Of a stretch of 44,804 nucleotides of DNA, positions 31,973-41,045 are shown one piece after another. The notes under the pieces were generated by a model. That model was not told where the DNA came from. It did no database searches and worked only from the letters and a program-made list of their open reading frames with translations. The first letter of the stretch is position 1. Each line of letters starts with the position of its first letter. The DNA is from a virus. The DNA lies in IMG/VR virus record IMGVR_UViG_3300033150_001311, positions 1-44,804 of that record. One strand, given 5' to 3'. A program made the translations under genes and the position numbers.

Positions 31973-32215
31973 ATGAGAAAAAAGCGAGATGAGGAGTATG
32001 AGTCATGGATTAACGAAGAACTGCTTAGTCTCGGCCTTCTGTTCTGCAAGAATATTCGCAGAAAGAAATTGCCAGACAGATTGATTGTTGGTGCGGAGCG
32101 CCGCGGGGATTCTATCCGGGAGTGTATTTCTGACAATCTCGATTTCCTCAGACTTGCGATAAAATATGTGCTGTTTGAGGTGGATGCGCTGGAACGGGAA
32201 AAGGAGACGAAGTGA
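31973..32215 (+). CDS. Hypothetical protein (80 aa)
   Basis: Starts 2 nt after the previous stop. Confidence 0.5.
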   Translation: MRKKRDEEYESWINEELLSLGLLFCKNIRRKKLPDRLIVGAERRGDSIRECISDNLDFLRLAIKYVLFEVDALEREKETK

Positions 32216-32550
32216 TGCCCCTCTACAGATATATTTGTGATGACTGCGGTCGGCGGGACGAAGAATTCTCTATGATAAAGGACAGAAAAGAGTACATAGA
32301 TTGTCCTTGCGGGAAAAAGATGAGAAGGGATTACTCCCTACGAGAAGATATGATATGTGGAGACAAGGAAAGGATATCCGTCGCCCTCGGAGTTCACCCG
32401 TCTCAGATTGAGAGCGGGGAAGTTTTCAAGGTGCACCCCGGGGCTAAATTCACTAAAGAGGGCTACATGATTTTGAGAAACAGGGCGGAGCAAAAGCAAC
32501 GCCTGAAAGAACGCGGATGGATAAACCAGGACAGTTATGGTAATTATTAA
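32215..32550 (+). CDS. FmdB-type zinc-ribbon protein
   Basis: MPLYRYICDDCGRRDEEFSMIKDRKEYIDCPCGKKMRRDY matches the MP.Y.Y.C..CG...CP.CG pattern. The ATG at 32215 overlaps the upstream TGA, with GGAG 8 nt upstream. Confidence 0.6.
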   Translation: MPLYRYICDDCGRRDEEFSMIKDRKEYIDCPCGKKMRRDYSLREDMICGDKERISVALGVHPSQIESGEVFKVHPGAKFTKEGYMILRNRAEQKQRLKERGWINQDSYGNY

Positions 32551-32561
32551 AGGAGACAAAA

Positions 32562-33521
32562 ATGGTTTCGCCGGATGATGAACGTATTGAAGAGATGGAT
32601 GAGAACTTAGACGCCGAGGATTCCGTAGAAGAGACTGCCGAGGAGACAGAGGATAAATCTGAAGAGAGCAAAGAGGATGGAATCCTCTCCAAGATTGCTT
32701 CGATGCTGAAACCAAAGAAGGATGAAGCGGAAGAAGACGAGGAAGAGGAAGAAGAGAATATAGAGGAAGAAGCCGGGGACGAAGAGACTGACCTCGTAAC
32801 AGATGTTTTGGGATGGGATAAAGAGGTAGTCGCTAAACTGAAAGAGCTTGACCCCGGATTGCTGGACGATGTTAAGAATCTTTTAGAAAAGCCTGCGGAT
32901 GAGGAAACCTCCGAGGAGGATGATGCAGGTGAGGAAACATCAGAGGCCATTGACTTGGACAAAATAAAGGCTCTCAAGGAGAAAGACTCTGAGGTCGGGA
33001 GTCTTGTAGAGTCTCTTGCCAAGCAGGTCGAGATGCTTTCTTCTTCGCTCCAAGCTGTTGTTTCGGAAGAGCAGCAAAGGAGAGAACAGGAAGAGCGACA
33101 GACTCTTATCAAAAACTTCCGATATGCAAATAATAAGTTGGATGAGTTGGCGAAAGACTTTCCGGTACTTGGCAGTACGTCTAAATTGCCGAAGACAGAT
33201 GATGGCCAGTACGATGTAAGAAACCGGGCTGTTAGGGAGAGAGCACGTTTATGGGATACCGCAGTGGCTCTCCAAAATGCGGGACTGGCTGAAACATTTG
33301 AAGACGCTTTTGAAGACGCTATTGCCCTGTACAAGGGAAGAAATGCTGAGAATCTCGCAAGAAGGAAAATCTCAAAGGAGTTGAGAGAGCGAGCGACCAA
33401 ATTCACAGCACGCCCCTCACACAGAAAGACAAAAGAAAAAACTCCGCCGAAGGGCAGTGATGAATACAAGGAGGCCGTCATCAAGAAAGCCATGAAGGCG
33501 GCGGGGATTGATGGAGGTTAA
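32562..33521 (+). CDS. Scaffolding protein (acidic, helical)
   Basis: 319 aa, strongly acidic with E/D runs (EEDEEEEEENIEEE). Lies immediately upstream of the capsid gene. GGAG RBS. Confidence 0.6.
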   Translation: MVSPDDERIEEMDENLDAEDSVEETAEETEDKSEESKEDGILSKIASMLKPKKDEAEEDEEEEEENIEEEAGDEETDLVTDVLGWDKEVVAKLKELDPGLLDDVKNLLEKPADEETSEEDDAGEETSEAIDLDKIKALKEKDSEVGSLVESLAKQVEMLSSSLQAVVSEEQQRREQEERQTLIKNFRYANNKLDELAKDFPVLGSTSKLPKTDDGQYDVRNRAVRERARLWDTAVALQNAGLAETFEDAFEDAIALYKGRNAENLARRKISKELRERATKFTARPSHRKTKEKTPPKGSDEYKEAVIKKAMKAAGIDGG

Positions 33522-33523
33522 TA

Positions 33524-34609
33524 ATGGGAACAGAAATTAGCATAGAACAAGCGAGAGATATTGGTCTTGCAACTCTTGAGAGCTTTAAGAAAGATGCTCT
33601 GGAGATGACGTTTAACGACGTTACCCATGAGCTTTACAACAGATGGTTCAAGGAAGCCGAGAGGGACAGCGGCGATGTCGTCAAGGCGTTCATTACACTC
33701 GGCGATGTTGGCAATGCCAAGATGGCAGGCCGGTGGGAAGAGGATACCCACAACGTTGTCAACACTGACCAGGAGATTAAGGTAGACTGGGTACATGCCA
33801 CGACCAACATGGATTACAGCCGTATCGAGTTGGCCATGCACAGTGGCAACGCGGTTAGGGTCTACAACTATCTTACCAGCAAGCAGAAGAATATGTACCG
33901 AGAATTGGCTGAGCTTTTGCAGCCCCGACTTATTCTTTCTCCGGTCAGCTCCGCGGACAAAAAGAATCCGCATGGATTGGCAAGCTGGCTTTCTCTCGGC
34001 ACAGATGATTCGTCTGGCGGATTTACTGGCTATAAGGGTAAGTATAATGATGGTTCCGGCACTGATTATGCTGTTGGTAACATCAACTCCAGTTCGAGCG
34101 TGAATCCCCGGTGGGCCTCGTATTACGCCGACCACAATGACGAATTCGGGGATGCTCTTCTCGACCTGCTGTCCCGGGCTACTCGAAAGACGCACTTCAT
34201 CCCTGCGATTATTCCCTCGCCGGTTGCGAAGGAAACCCCGGAGAATCCGTATCGGTATTACACAAACGACACCATATTGGGCAACCTTGAGGCAATGGCG
34301 AGGAAGATGGACGACAAGGTTGGTCCAGACCTGGCCAAGTACTATGGGGCGGTTTGGTTCAAGGGTGTTCCGTTTATCTACGTTGACTATCTTGACAGTG
34401 ATAATAGCACCATCATGGGCACGAACCCCATCTTTGGCGTGAACCATGAGTACTTCAAGGTAAAAGTCCTGCGGGAAAATGATTTTGTTCTTGGAACTCC
34501 TACGCCCAGGGATAACATGCACAATGTCCTGACAGTCCCGCTGGATGTGTCGTTTGCCGTGATTTGTACAAACCGCCAGAGAGCTGGATTCCTTATTAGC
34601 GGACAGTAA
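33524..34609 (+). CDS. Major capsid protein (by size and synteny)
   Basis: 361 aa, GGAGG RBS. Directly follows the scaffold-like gene and precedes the decoration-like gene. Confidence 0.7.
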   Translation: MGTEISIEQARDIGLATLESFKKDALEMTFNDVTHELYNRWFKEAERDSGDVVKAFITLGDVGNAKMAGRWEEDTHNVVNTDQEIKVDWVHATTNMDYSRIELAMHSGNAVRVYNYLTSKQKNMYRELAELLQPRLILSPVSSADKKNPHGLASWLSLGTDDSSGGFTGYKGKYNDGSGTDYAVGNINSSSSVNPRWASYYADHNDEFGDALLDLLSRATRKTHFIPAIIPSPVAKETPENPYRYYTNDTILGNLEAMARKMDDKVGPDLAKYYGAVWFKGVPFIYVDYLDSDNSTIMGTNPIFGVNHEYFKVKVLRENDFVLGTPTPRDNMHNVLTVPLDVSFAVICTNRQRAGFLISGQ

Positions 34610-34642
34610 TAGAAGCAATAACTATTTTTTGGAGAGATAACC

Positions 34643-35881
34643 ATGAGCATGACACAATTTGGTACTGAAGCTCAGGCCCGAAGAAAAAGGGTGTATTTTG
34701 AGGGGTCTACTACCATCTACGAAGGGATGCCGGTAGCCTACAATTATGATACGGATGATAATATCCTTGGTTGGGACAAAGAGAACGACCAGGCAGGTTC
34801 TACCACGGCTGACGGCTATCAGAACGAGGGCCGCTTCCTGCGGGTGGAGCTTTTGTCTGCCGCTAATGCTTTTGCATTTGCTGGTGTTGTTGCTGGCGGC
34901 TCGTATGCTGGATTGACCGGCCCTCGCTGGATTGAGATTTATATTCCCAACGGGGCGATTGTTCCCGTGCGGACAGATAAGAGCATCACTATTAAAGACA
35001 AGCTGTATCTCGAAGCAGGACAGCCCACGTTTGTCAATGATGCTTATACTCTTCCTTACGCTGCGGTAGCGATGGAGACGGTTGACCGCTCCAGCACGGC
35101 GGGCCTGGTTCTTGCAAAGCTGGAAGGTGTGCGGGCAGAAAATGTCATTCCAACGGATGACACTGCGGCGAAAGGTTTTGGAGCAACTCTCTGGGCTGAT
35201 TGCCCTGTTGAGGAAATTAAAAATAATCCGGGCCTTGGAGTATATTACTTCAACGATTTCCTTGATGAGATTGATATTACGGACGATGACGGCTGGGCAA
35301 TTACCACTACTACGTCCGGAGCTATTGTTCCCAGTGCTACAGATGACGGCGGGGCTATTGTTTTTGATTCAGCCGGGCATGCTTCTGCGGATGATGGTAT
35401 TGAGGCACAGTTGACAAACTGCCTCTTTAAGAGTGCTTCCGGACGTAAGATTTGGTTTGAGGCCCGAGTCAAAATGAACGACGCCACTGACCAGTATTTT
35501 GTCGGCCTTGCCGGTATTGATACTACTCTGATGGCAAGTGGTGTGCTGGATGATGTTGTTGATAAGTGTGGCTTCTACCATGAGGCGGCCTCAACTGATG
35601 ACAAGATTAGTACTGTTACTGCCCGGGCAGATGCTGATGACAAGACTACAGACGTGGCAGACAATGCAGACGATACTTATGTTACTCTTGGTTTTGTCAT
35701 TGATGGCCTGACGAGCGTAAAGTTCTATGTCAATGATACCTTGGTTGAGACAGGCACAACGGCTGCGAATATTCCCAATGATGTTATGGCCCTGAGCTTT
35801 GTTTCCAAGACTGAGGAAACCGATGCGGACTCAGAGCTTACCGTTGATTGGGTTAGGGTTGTCCAGCTTGGCCGAAGTTAA
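34643..35881 (+). CDS. Capsid decoration/fibre-like protein: DUF2190-like N-terminal domain plus a jelly-roll-like C-terminal domain
   Basis: The N-terminal roughly 150 aa (IYEGMPVAY...AFAGVVAGG...IEIYIPNGAIVPVRTD..ITIKDKLYL) resembles DUF2190 head-decoration proteins. The C-terminal roughly 230 aa is beta-rich (WFEARVKMND...YFVGLAG...VTLGFVIDG...VKFYVND). Confidence 0.5.
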   Translation: MSMTQFGTEAQARRKRVYFEGSTTIYEGMPVAYNYDTDDNILGWDKENDQAGSTTADGYQNEGRFLRVELLSAANAFAFAGVVAGGSYAGLTGPRWIEIYIPNGAIVPVRTDKSITIKDKLYLEAGQPTFVNDAYTLPYAAVAMETVDRSSTAGLVLAKLEGVRAENVIPTDDTAAKGFGATLWADCPVEEIKNNPGLGVYYFNDFLDEIDITDDDGWAITTTTSGAIVPSATDDGGAIVFDSAGHASADDGIEAQLTNCLFKSASGRKIWFEARVKMNDATDQYFVGLAGIDTTLMASGVLDDVVDKCGFYHEAASTDDKISTVTARADADDKTTDVADNADDTYVTLGFVIDGLTSVKFYVNDTLVETGTTAANIPNDVMALSFVSKTEETDADSELTVDWVRVVQLGRS

Positions 35882-35918
35882 TTTATATGGTTTATTGGTT
35901 TTAATTTAGGAGACAGCC

Positions 35919-36281
35919 ATGAAGACCTATAAGCTTGATTTGTCTGACTATGAAGTGGTTTCAGAAGTAGTTGAAATCAAGGACGGGGAACCGGTTAAAA
36001 ATCTTAAAGTGGAGGCTGTATCTGTCAAGAAAGAACTTTCTGAACTGTTACGGCTTCCTGGGATTTATTCCGATGGAATGGAATTGTTTGACGGAGCAAT
36101 GCTGAGTAGGCAGATAAAGGAGTGTGAGGGGGATGAGCTTGAGATAAATGAAGATGAATTAAATCTTCTGAAAAAGGTTATGAACAAGCTCATTGGCCGA
36201 GAGCACGCCCCAGAAAAGGGGAAGATAGCTCTTGGTGGCCCCAGATATGAGACCATGATTGTCAGGGTTTTCGGGCTTTAA
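35919..36281 (+). CDS. Hypothetical protein (120 aa)
   Basis: GGAG RBS; virion module. Confidence 0.55.
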   Translation: MKTYKLDLSDYEVVSEVVEIKDGEPVKNLKVEAVSVKKELSELLRLPGIYSDGMELFDGAMLSRQIKECEGDELEINEDELNLLKKVMNKLIGREHAPEKGKIALGGPRYETMIVRVFGL

Positions 36282-36343
36282 TGTCTCCGTAGTCGGGGTG
36301 GGGGTCGTTTTCCCCGCCCTGGCTATATCTTAGGATTAAACAA

Positions 36344-37114
36344 ATGGATATGCGCTGGACTTTTTCGGACGTTTATAAGAAGGTGTCGGAGTTCCTCGGG
36401 CTGGGAAGCTCCCCTACTGGCGATGACCTGACTCTTGTCAAGAACATTGTCTATCGGGGCTATATGAAATTCCTAATGCCGCTGAACCCGGGGGATTCCG
36501 ATATCTATACCTGGAGTTTCCTGCGGCAGGAGTGGAAGCTCTCTATCGTTCCCAATAAATGGGAGTATGCCTTGCCAGGAGACTTCGAGCGTTTCTTTCG
36601 GGACCTGGAATATGATGCCGGGGAAAGGCTGGCTAACCTCAAGCTTGTGAGTCTGCAAACAATAATGTCGAATCGCAACGTCCTGGAGTTCAGCAGCTAT
36701 CCAGAAATGTATGCTATCAGGACTGCGAAGTTTGATAAATCGGTAGGCTCTCAGAAGGAGCTTGTGGTTTATCCAACCCCCAATGGCAGCTATACCATAA
36801 ACACCACCTATGTTATGACTCCAGCTAAGCCAGAAAATGATGATGATTACTTCATTGGCGGACCCCTGGAGAGCGAGGTGATTCTTCAGTGCTGCCTTGC
36901 GGTTGCAGAAAACGAGCAGGATGAGGTGATAGGGGTTGAAACCCAGAGAGCGGTGGATATGCTCCAGGCTCTTATCAGAAAAGACAAGGGAGAAAGTCCT
37001 AATACTGTTGGTATGGTGTATGATAGAAACATAGGATTTAATTATGACCCGATGTTCTATCGACGTTATTGGATTCCGCGTGGCACGTGGACCGTATATG
37101 GTCAAGAGATATAG
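36344..37114 (+). CDS. Structural protein, putative head-to-tail adaptor
   Basis: 256 aa. The position after the capsid genes suggests a connector or adaptor. Not verified. Confidence 0.4.
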   Translation: MDMRWTFSDVYKKVSEFLGLGSSPTGDDLTLVKNIVYRGYMKFLMPLNPGDSDIYTWSFLRQEWKLSIVPNKWEYALPGDFERFFRDLEYDAGERLANLKLVSLQTIMSNRNVLEFSSYPEMYAIRTAKFDKSVGSQKELVVYPTPNGSYTINTTYVMTPAKPENDDDYFIGGPLESEVILQCCLAVAENEQDEVIGVETQRAVDMLQALIRKDKGESPNTVGMVYDRNIGFNYDPMFYRRYWIPRGTWTVYGQEI

Positions 37115-37130
37115 TTAAAGGAGAGAATTT

Positions 37131-37613
37131 ATGAGCGTTGGTAATGTAAATTTTGAGTTGGAAAACTCTTTTGTTGGAATGGGAATTCGCAAGGTCTCCC
37201 AGATTGTGAACTACGATGACTTCACTGATGGCGGGAGCACTACGGGTACGCTGACAATGACGAAGCAGATTCCTGCGGGTTCTTTTGTGCTTGGCTCTAA
37301 AGTAACGGTGAAGGACGGATTTACCGGCGACACCACGGCTACCCTGAAAATCGGCAAGTCCGGGGATGACGATGCTTACTCTGGCGGCACGACCCATAAC
37401 ATTGTGTCGGCTGCTTCCAATCTTGTCAAGGCAGCGAAGGCTGGCACTGACCTCGGTCCCGTTGCGGAAGGCAGTGCGGTGGATGTTGTCCTGACAGTAA
37501 CCGGGGCGTCTGATTTCACCTCCATCTCTGCGGGCAGAATGCTTGTTGAGGTGTTTTATCTGAGCACGAATGTCGAACTGACTGATAGTGGCAGGAATAA
37601 ATCGGACCTGTAA
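37131..37613 (+). CDS. Structural protein (160 aa), beta-rich
   Basis: AGGAG RBS; Gly/Thr/Ser/Val-rich. Confidence 0.5.
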   Translation: MSVGNVNFELENSFVGMGIRKVSQIVNYDDFTDGGSTTGTLTMTKQIPAGSFVLGSKVTVKDGFTGDTTATLKIGKSGDDDAYSGGTTHNIVSAASNLVKAAKAGTDLGPVAEGSAVDVVLTVTGASDFTSISAGRMLVEVFYLSTNVELTDSGRNKSDL

Positions 37614-37625
37614 TAGGAGGTAAAC

Positions 37626-37916
37626 ATGGGTTTTAGAGCTAATGCCTCTCCATCGAATATTGTATCAGGCTCCTTTGGGGTGGAGGTAATTACTCTCGAC
37701 GGGAGTGGTCTGGGCCAAGGCGCAGACCAACCTTGTCGGGAGGTAACAGTGTGGCCAGAGGCATCTAAGAGTATCAAGATTGGTGAATCCGCCAGTGCTG
37801 CGAATGGTGGCCCTGTTCTTATTGCGGATTATCTGATAATTCCAATAGAGAATACATCCCTTCTTCACTTCAAGGGTACATCAGGTGATAAAGTGTACGT
37901 ATTATGGAGGAGCTAA
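37626..37916 (+). CDS. Hypothetical structural protein (96 aa)
   Basis: AGGAGG RBS. Confidence 0.5.
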   Translation: MGFRANASPSNIVSGSFGVEVITLDGSGLGQGADQPCREVTVWPEASKSIKIGESASAANGGPVLIADYLIIPIENTSLLHFKGTSGDKVYVLWRS

Positions 37917-37963
37917 GTACAGATATTTTTGCTGGCAGCATAAAAATTTACAGTTTTTTTTGC

Positions 37964-37993
37964 GAACAAAAGCAACGTTCAGGTCGTAGTAAC
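37964..37993 (+). promoter_or_regulatory. Conserved promoter-like motif P5 (GAAC-N17-CGTAGTAAC)
   Basis: TTTTTTTTTGCGAACAAAAGCAACGTTCAGGTCGTAGTAAC. This is about 85% identical to P1 over roughly 35 nt and lies about 55 nt upstream of the HNH-3 ATG. Confidence 0.55.
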
Positions 37994-38046
37994 TCCTAAG
38001 AGGCGCCTTAAAGTGTATTTGGGGTTGGTTTTAAGGAGGTCAGTAA

Positions 38047-38634
38047 ATGAAAATCTGTACTAAATGTAAGGCTGAGAAGCCCTTGGGCGAGTTCAATAGT
38101 AAACAGGGCAGGTGCAAGGATTGCCAAAGGGAGTACAACCAGAAGTATTATCAAAAAACCAGAAAGAAAGCTCTGTGTCGCCAGCGGGAGTATTATCGGA
38201 AGAATAAAGAAAAGATAAGAGACTATCAACGAGAATACTACCAAAGCAATAAAGAAAAAGTGGAAGAACGCAATCGAGCTTATAGGCGGCGGCATAAGGA
38301 AAAATACTCTGCGTATTATCGGGAATACCGGAGACGGCATTCCGGGCATCTTTCGGAGTACCAGAAACAATATTTTCAGACCGAGCGGGGCAAGGAGAAT
38401 TGGAAACGGGCGAGAGAGAAGTACGCCGAAAAAAATCCTGAGAAAATAAAAGCCCGGAGGATACTTAACAACGCGGTCCGGGACGGAAAACTTGAACGCT
38501 CCGTTTTCTGCGAAAGGTGCGGGCTTCCCGCGGAAACCGAGGGACATCATCCAGACTATAGCAAACCCCTCGAAGTGGAGTGGCTTTGCAGAAACTGTCA
38601 TAGAGAAATACACAAAGAGCCGGTTTTAGTTTAG
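38047..38634 (+). CDS. HNH endonuclease, paralog 3 (Zn ribbon, about six or seven basic repeats, HNH)
   Basis: AGGAGG RBS. CTKCKAEKPLGEF...GRCKDC. C-terminus FCERCGLPAETEGHHPDYSKPLEVEWLCRNCHREIH. Ends ...KEPVLV, like paralog 2 (...KELVLV). Confidence 0.85.
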   Translation: MKICTKCKAEKPLGEFNSKQGRCKDCQREYNQKYYQKTRKKALCRQREYYRKNKEKIRDYQREYYQSNKEKVEERNRAYRRRHKEKYSAYYREYRRRHSGHLSEYQKQYFQTERGKENWKRAREKYAEKNPEKIKARRILNNAVRDGKLERSVFCERCGLPAETEGHHPDYSKPLEVEWLCRNCHREIHKEPVLV

Positions 38635-38643
38635 GGGGTCGTG

Positions 38644-38880
38644 ATGGCAAAGGTTGTATTTAATCTTCCGATAAAAGGTATTCACAAGGGAGGTGTCGTT
38701 GAAAATACTCCCGCCTTAAATAGCGGCCATATGTCTAATGTCAGGGCAAGAGATGTGCTCGAAAATAAAATACGAATTGGGCAACGCCCAGGATTGGATA
38801 AGTGGGGAGACGGCGATTTGATAGGAGATACGGACGGAAGTCCCCCCGTAGCCTTTTGCGTAGTTTCCTCAGTGTCCTGA
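38644..38880 (+). CDS. Hypothetical protein (78 aa)
   Basis: ATG at 38644 with GGGGG 6 nt upstream. The track start at 38641 is a GTG. Confidence 0.45.
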   Translation: MAKVVFNLPIKGIHKGGVVENTPALNSGHMSNVRARDVLENKIRIGQRPGLDKWGDGDLIGDTDGSPPVAFCVVSSVS

Positions 38881-38894
38881 GTTAGTGGTGCAAT

Positions 38895-41045
38895 ATGTCG
38901 GAAAAGTACGAATTTAATGATAATTATTCCACTTCCAATGTATCCTCCCTGTACGGAGATGAGTGGTCGTCTATGTCCTTTACCCCCTCAGTCTCCCACT
39001 ATGTCCAGAAAGTCAAACTGGTACTTGGAAAAGCGGGGAACCCCGGAGACCTCACAGTAAGTATTCGGGCAGTTGATGGGAGCGGACACCCTACCGGCGA
39101 TGATTTAGCTTCCGGAGTACAATTAGAGGCGGATATTCCACTTAGCTGGGATGAAACACAAAAGTTTATTACCTTTTCTTCCCCCGCATTTTTGTCCGCC
39201 GGAACGACATATACAATTGTTGCTCGGGCACTGTCGGGAGATGCCTCAAATTATGTTAATTGGTATAAGCAAACTTCTGACGTTTATCCTGGCGGCAATA
39301 TATCATACAGCGAGGATGGGGGAAGTAGCTGGAATATCTCTTCTTTTGATGCCGCCTTTGAAGAGTGGGGAATTGTTGGTCCCCCGCATGATAGGATTAC
39401 TATTAAAAAACTTGTTGCCGCCGCCAATAATAAAATCTACTATGAGGATTCTTCCGGGTCAATGGTGGAAATAAGTGATTCCAGCGGGGACTTTGATACC
39501 TCTGAGCAGACAATGATTTTTGAGGCGTTCCAGAAGGTGGTAGTTGTTAATGGCTCAAATCTTAAAATTGCCGATTTTATAAATACTTGTCTCGATTTAG
39601 GGGTGGGCAATGAACTCACCTCTCCTCCCGCGAGAGGGGATGTGATAACGCAGGCAACGAGCGGGGCTTCGATGATTGTGGACTTTGTGGACCCCACGAA
39701 AAGATATATCTACGGATATACTACCACTGACGCTGCGTTTGAGACTACCGCGGGATATACTCTATCCTCTGATGACGGCACAGGAACAATGGACCCCAAT
39801 CCAGCCCCGGCCCCGGAGGCCGTAACAGAAGCTTCCTCAACTCCGTTGTGGTATGATTATACCGCCTATCCAGATATTGTTCTATCTGTGGATAAATTTG
39901 GGCAGGAATCTGGAACAACAAAATCCTTCGGAAGTCTCCCAGCAAAGGCTTATTTAGGCTGTCTCTACCGCGGCAGAGTAGTTCTTTCCGGAAATCCTGA
40001 CTATCCTCATCAGTGGTATATGTCAAGACAGGCCAATATCTGGGACTGGGAATATATTGCAAATGATGCACAGACTCCGGTGGTTGGAAATAACTCAGAT
40101 GCCGGGGAAGTCGGGGATATAATAAAGGCACTTATCCCGTACAAAGACGACTTTCTCATTTTTGGGTGTGCAAGTTCTATGTGGATGCTTCGGGGAGACC
40201 CAGCTGCTGGGGGTGTGCTTGCGGAGATAGACCTTACCGTCGGGATTTTTGGACATAAGAGCTGGTGTTTTGATGGAGACGGGAACCTGTATTTTTGGGG
40301 CACTAACGGAATATATGTCATTCCTGCGGGGACTAATTCTGTAAAATCTCTTACAGAGAATTCTCTTCCAAATCTCATAGAAGATACGGGGGCAGACCCA
40401 AATACCCATAGAATTACAATGGAGTATGATAGAAAACGACGAGGAATTTTAATATGTGTTACTAAGCTCTCTGATGGAACTAACTCTAATTATTGGTATG
40501 ATTTGAGAACAAGAGGATTTTTCCCAGAGACGTATCCAAATGAATGTGGCGTGTATTCTATTTTCTACTACTCCCCAAATAGCCCGGACTATGAGGATTT
40601 GCTTTTAGGTTGCCGAGATGGATACATTAGAAAATTTCTTGATTCCGCGAAAGACGATGATATCGGGGTCTCCGATACTGCAATAAATAGTTACTGTGTT
40701 CTGCCAATTATTCCGATGGGCAGTGATGGAGACTACGAAGGTTTGTTATCTTCCCTCACAATAACCACGGCTGGCGGGAATTCCGGAGGAGAGTTTGGGG
40801 ATACGGACTCTGTAAATTACGAACTCTTCTCGGCAGATGCCGGGGAGGTCGTTCTTGAGAATATCATTGATGGAGATACTGCAAGAGAGTCTGGAACTAT
40901 TACCGGCAGCGGGAGGAGTAACAGGGCAAGAAAGAGAATCCGAGGAGCTTATCTTGGAATCAAACTCTCAAACTCCAATTCCTTAGAGACATGGGCTATT
41001 GATAAAGTAGAGGGGAATATTCAACAGAAAGGGCGGATTAAGTAA
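38895..41045 (+). CDS. Large tail structural protein (716 aa)
   Basis: The long ORF in the tail region is beta-rich. The N-terminal roughly 170 aa looks like a separate module. No catalytic motif recognised. Confidence 0.6.
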   Translation: MSEKYEFNDNYSTSNVSSLYGDEWSSMSFTPSVSHYVQKVKLVLGKAGNPGDLTVSIRAVDGSGHPTGDDLASGVQLEADIPLSWDETQKFITFSSPAFLSAGTTYTIVARALSGDASNYVNWYKQTSDVYPGGNISYSEDGGSSWNISSFDAAFEEWGIVGPPHDRITIKKLVAAANNKIYYEDSSGSMVEISDSSGDFDTSEQTMIFEAFQKVVVVNGSNLKIADFINTCLDLGVGNELTSPPARGDVITQATSGASMIVDFVDPTKRYIYGYTTTDAAFETTAGYTLSSDDGTGTMDPNPAPAPEAVTEASSTPLWYDYTAYPDIVLSVDKFGQESGTTKSFGSLPAKAYLGCLYRGRVVLSGNPDYPHQWYMSRQANIWDWEYIANDAQTPVVGNNSDAGEVGDIIKALIPYKDDFLIFGCASSMWMLRGDPAAGGVLAEIDLTVGIFGHKSWCFDGDGNLYFWGTNGIYVIPAGTNSVKSLTENSLPNLIEDTGADPNTHRITMEYDRKRRGILICVTKLSDGTNSNYWYDLRTRGFFPETYPNECGVYSIFYYSPNSPDYEDLLLGCRDGYIRKFLDSAKDDDIGVSDTAINSYCVLPIIPMGSDGDYEGLLSSLTITTAGGNSGGEFGDTDSVNYELFSADAGEVVLENIIDGDTARESGTITGSGRSNRARKRIRGAYLGIKLSNSNSLETWAIDKVEGNIQQKGRIK

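Noticed and set aside
38644-38895. Possible split gene, intron or intein, or programmed frameshift joining the 78-aa ORF to the 716-aa tail gene just downstream of an HNH cassette.
   Set aside because: There is no slippery sequence, no sequence continuity across the junction, and no repeat or intron-like structure. The two ORFs have separate start contexts. I treat them as separate genes.
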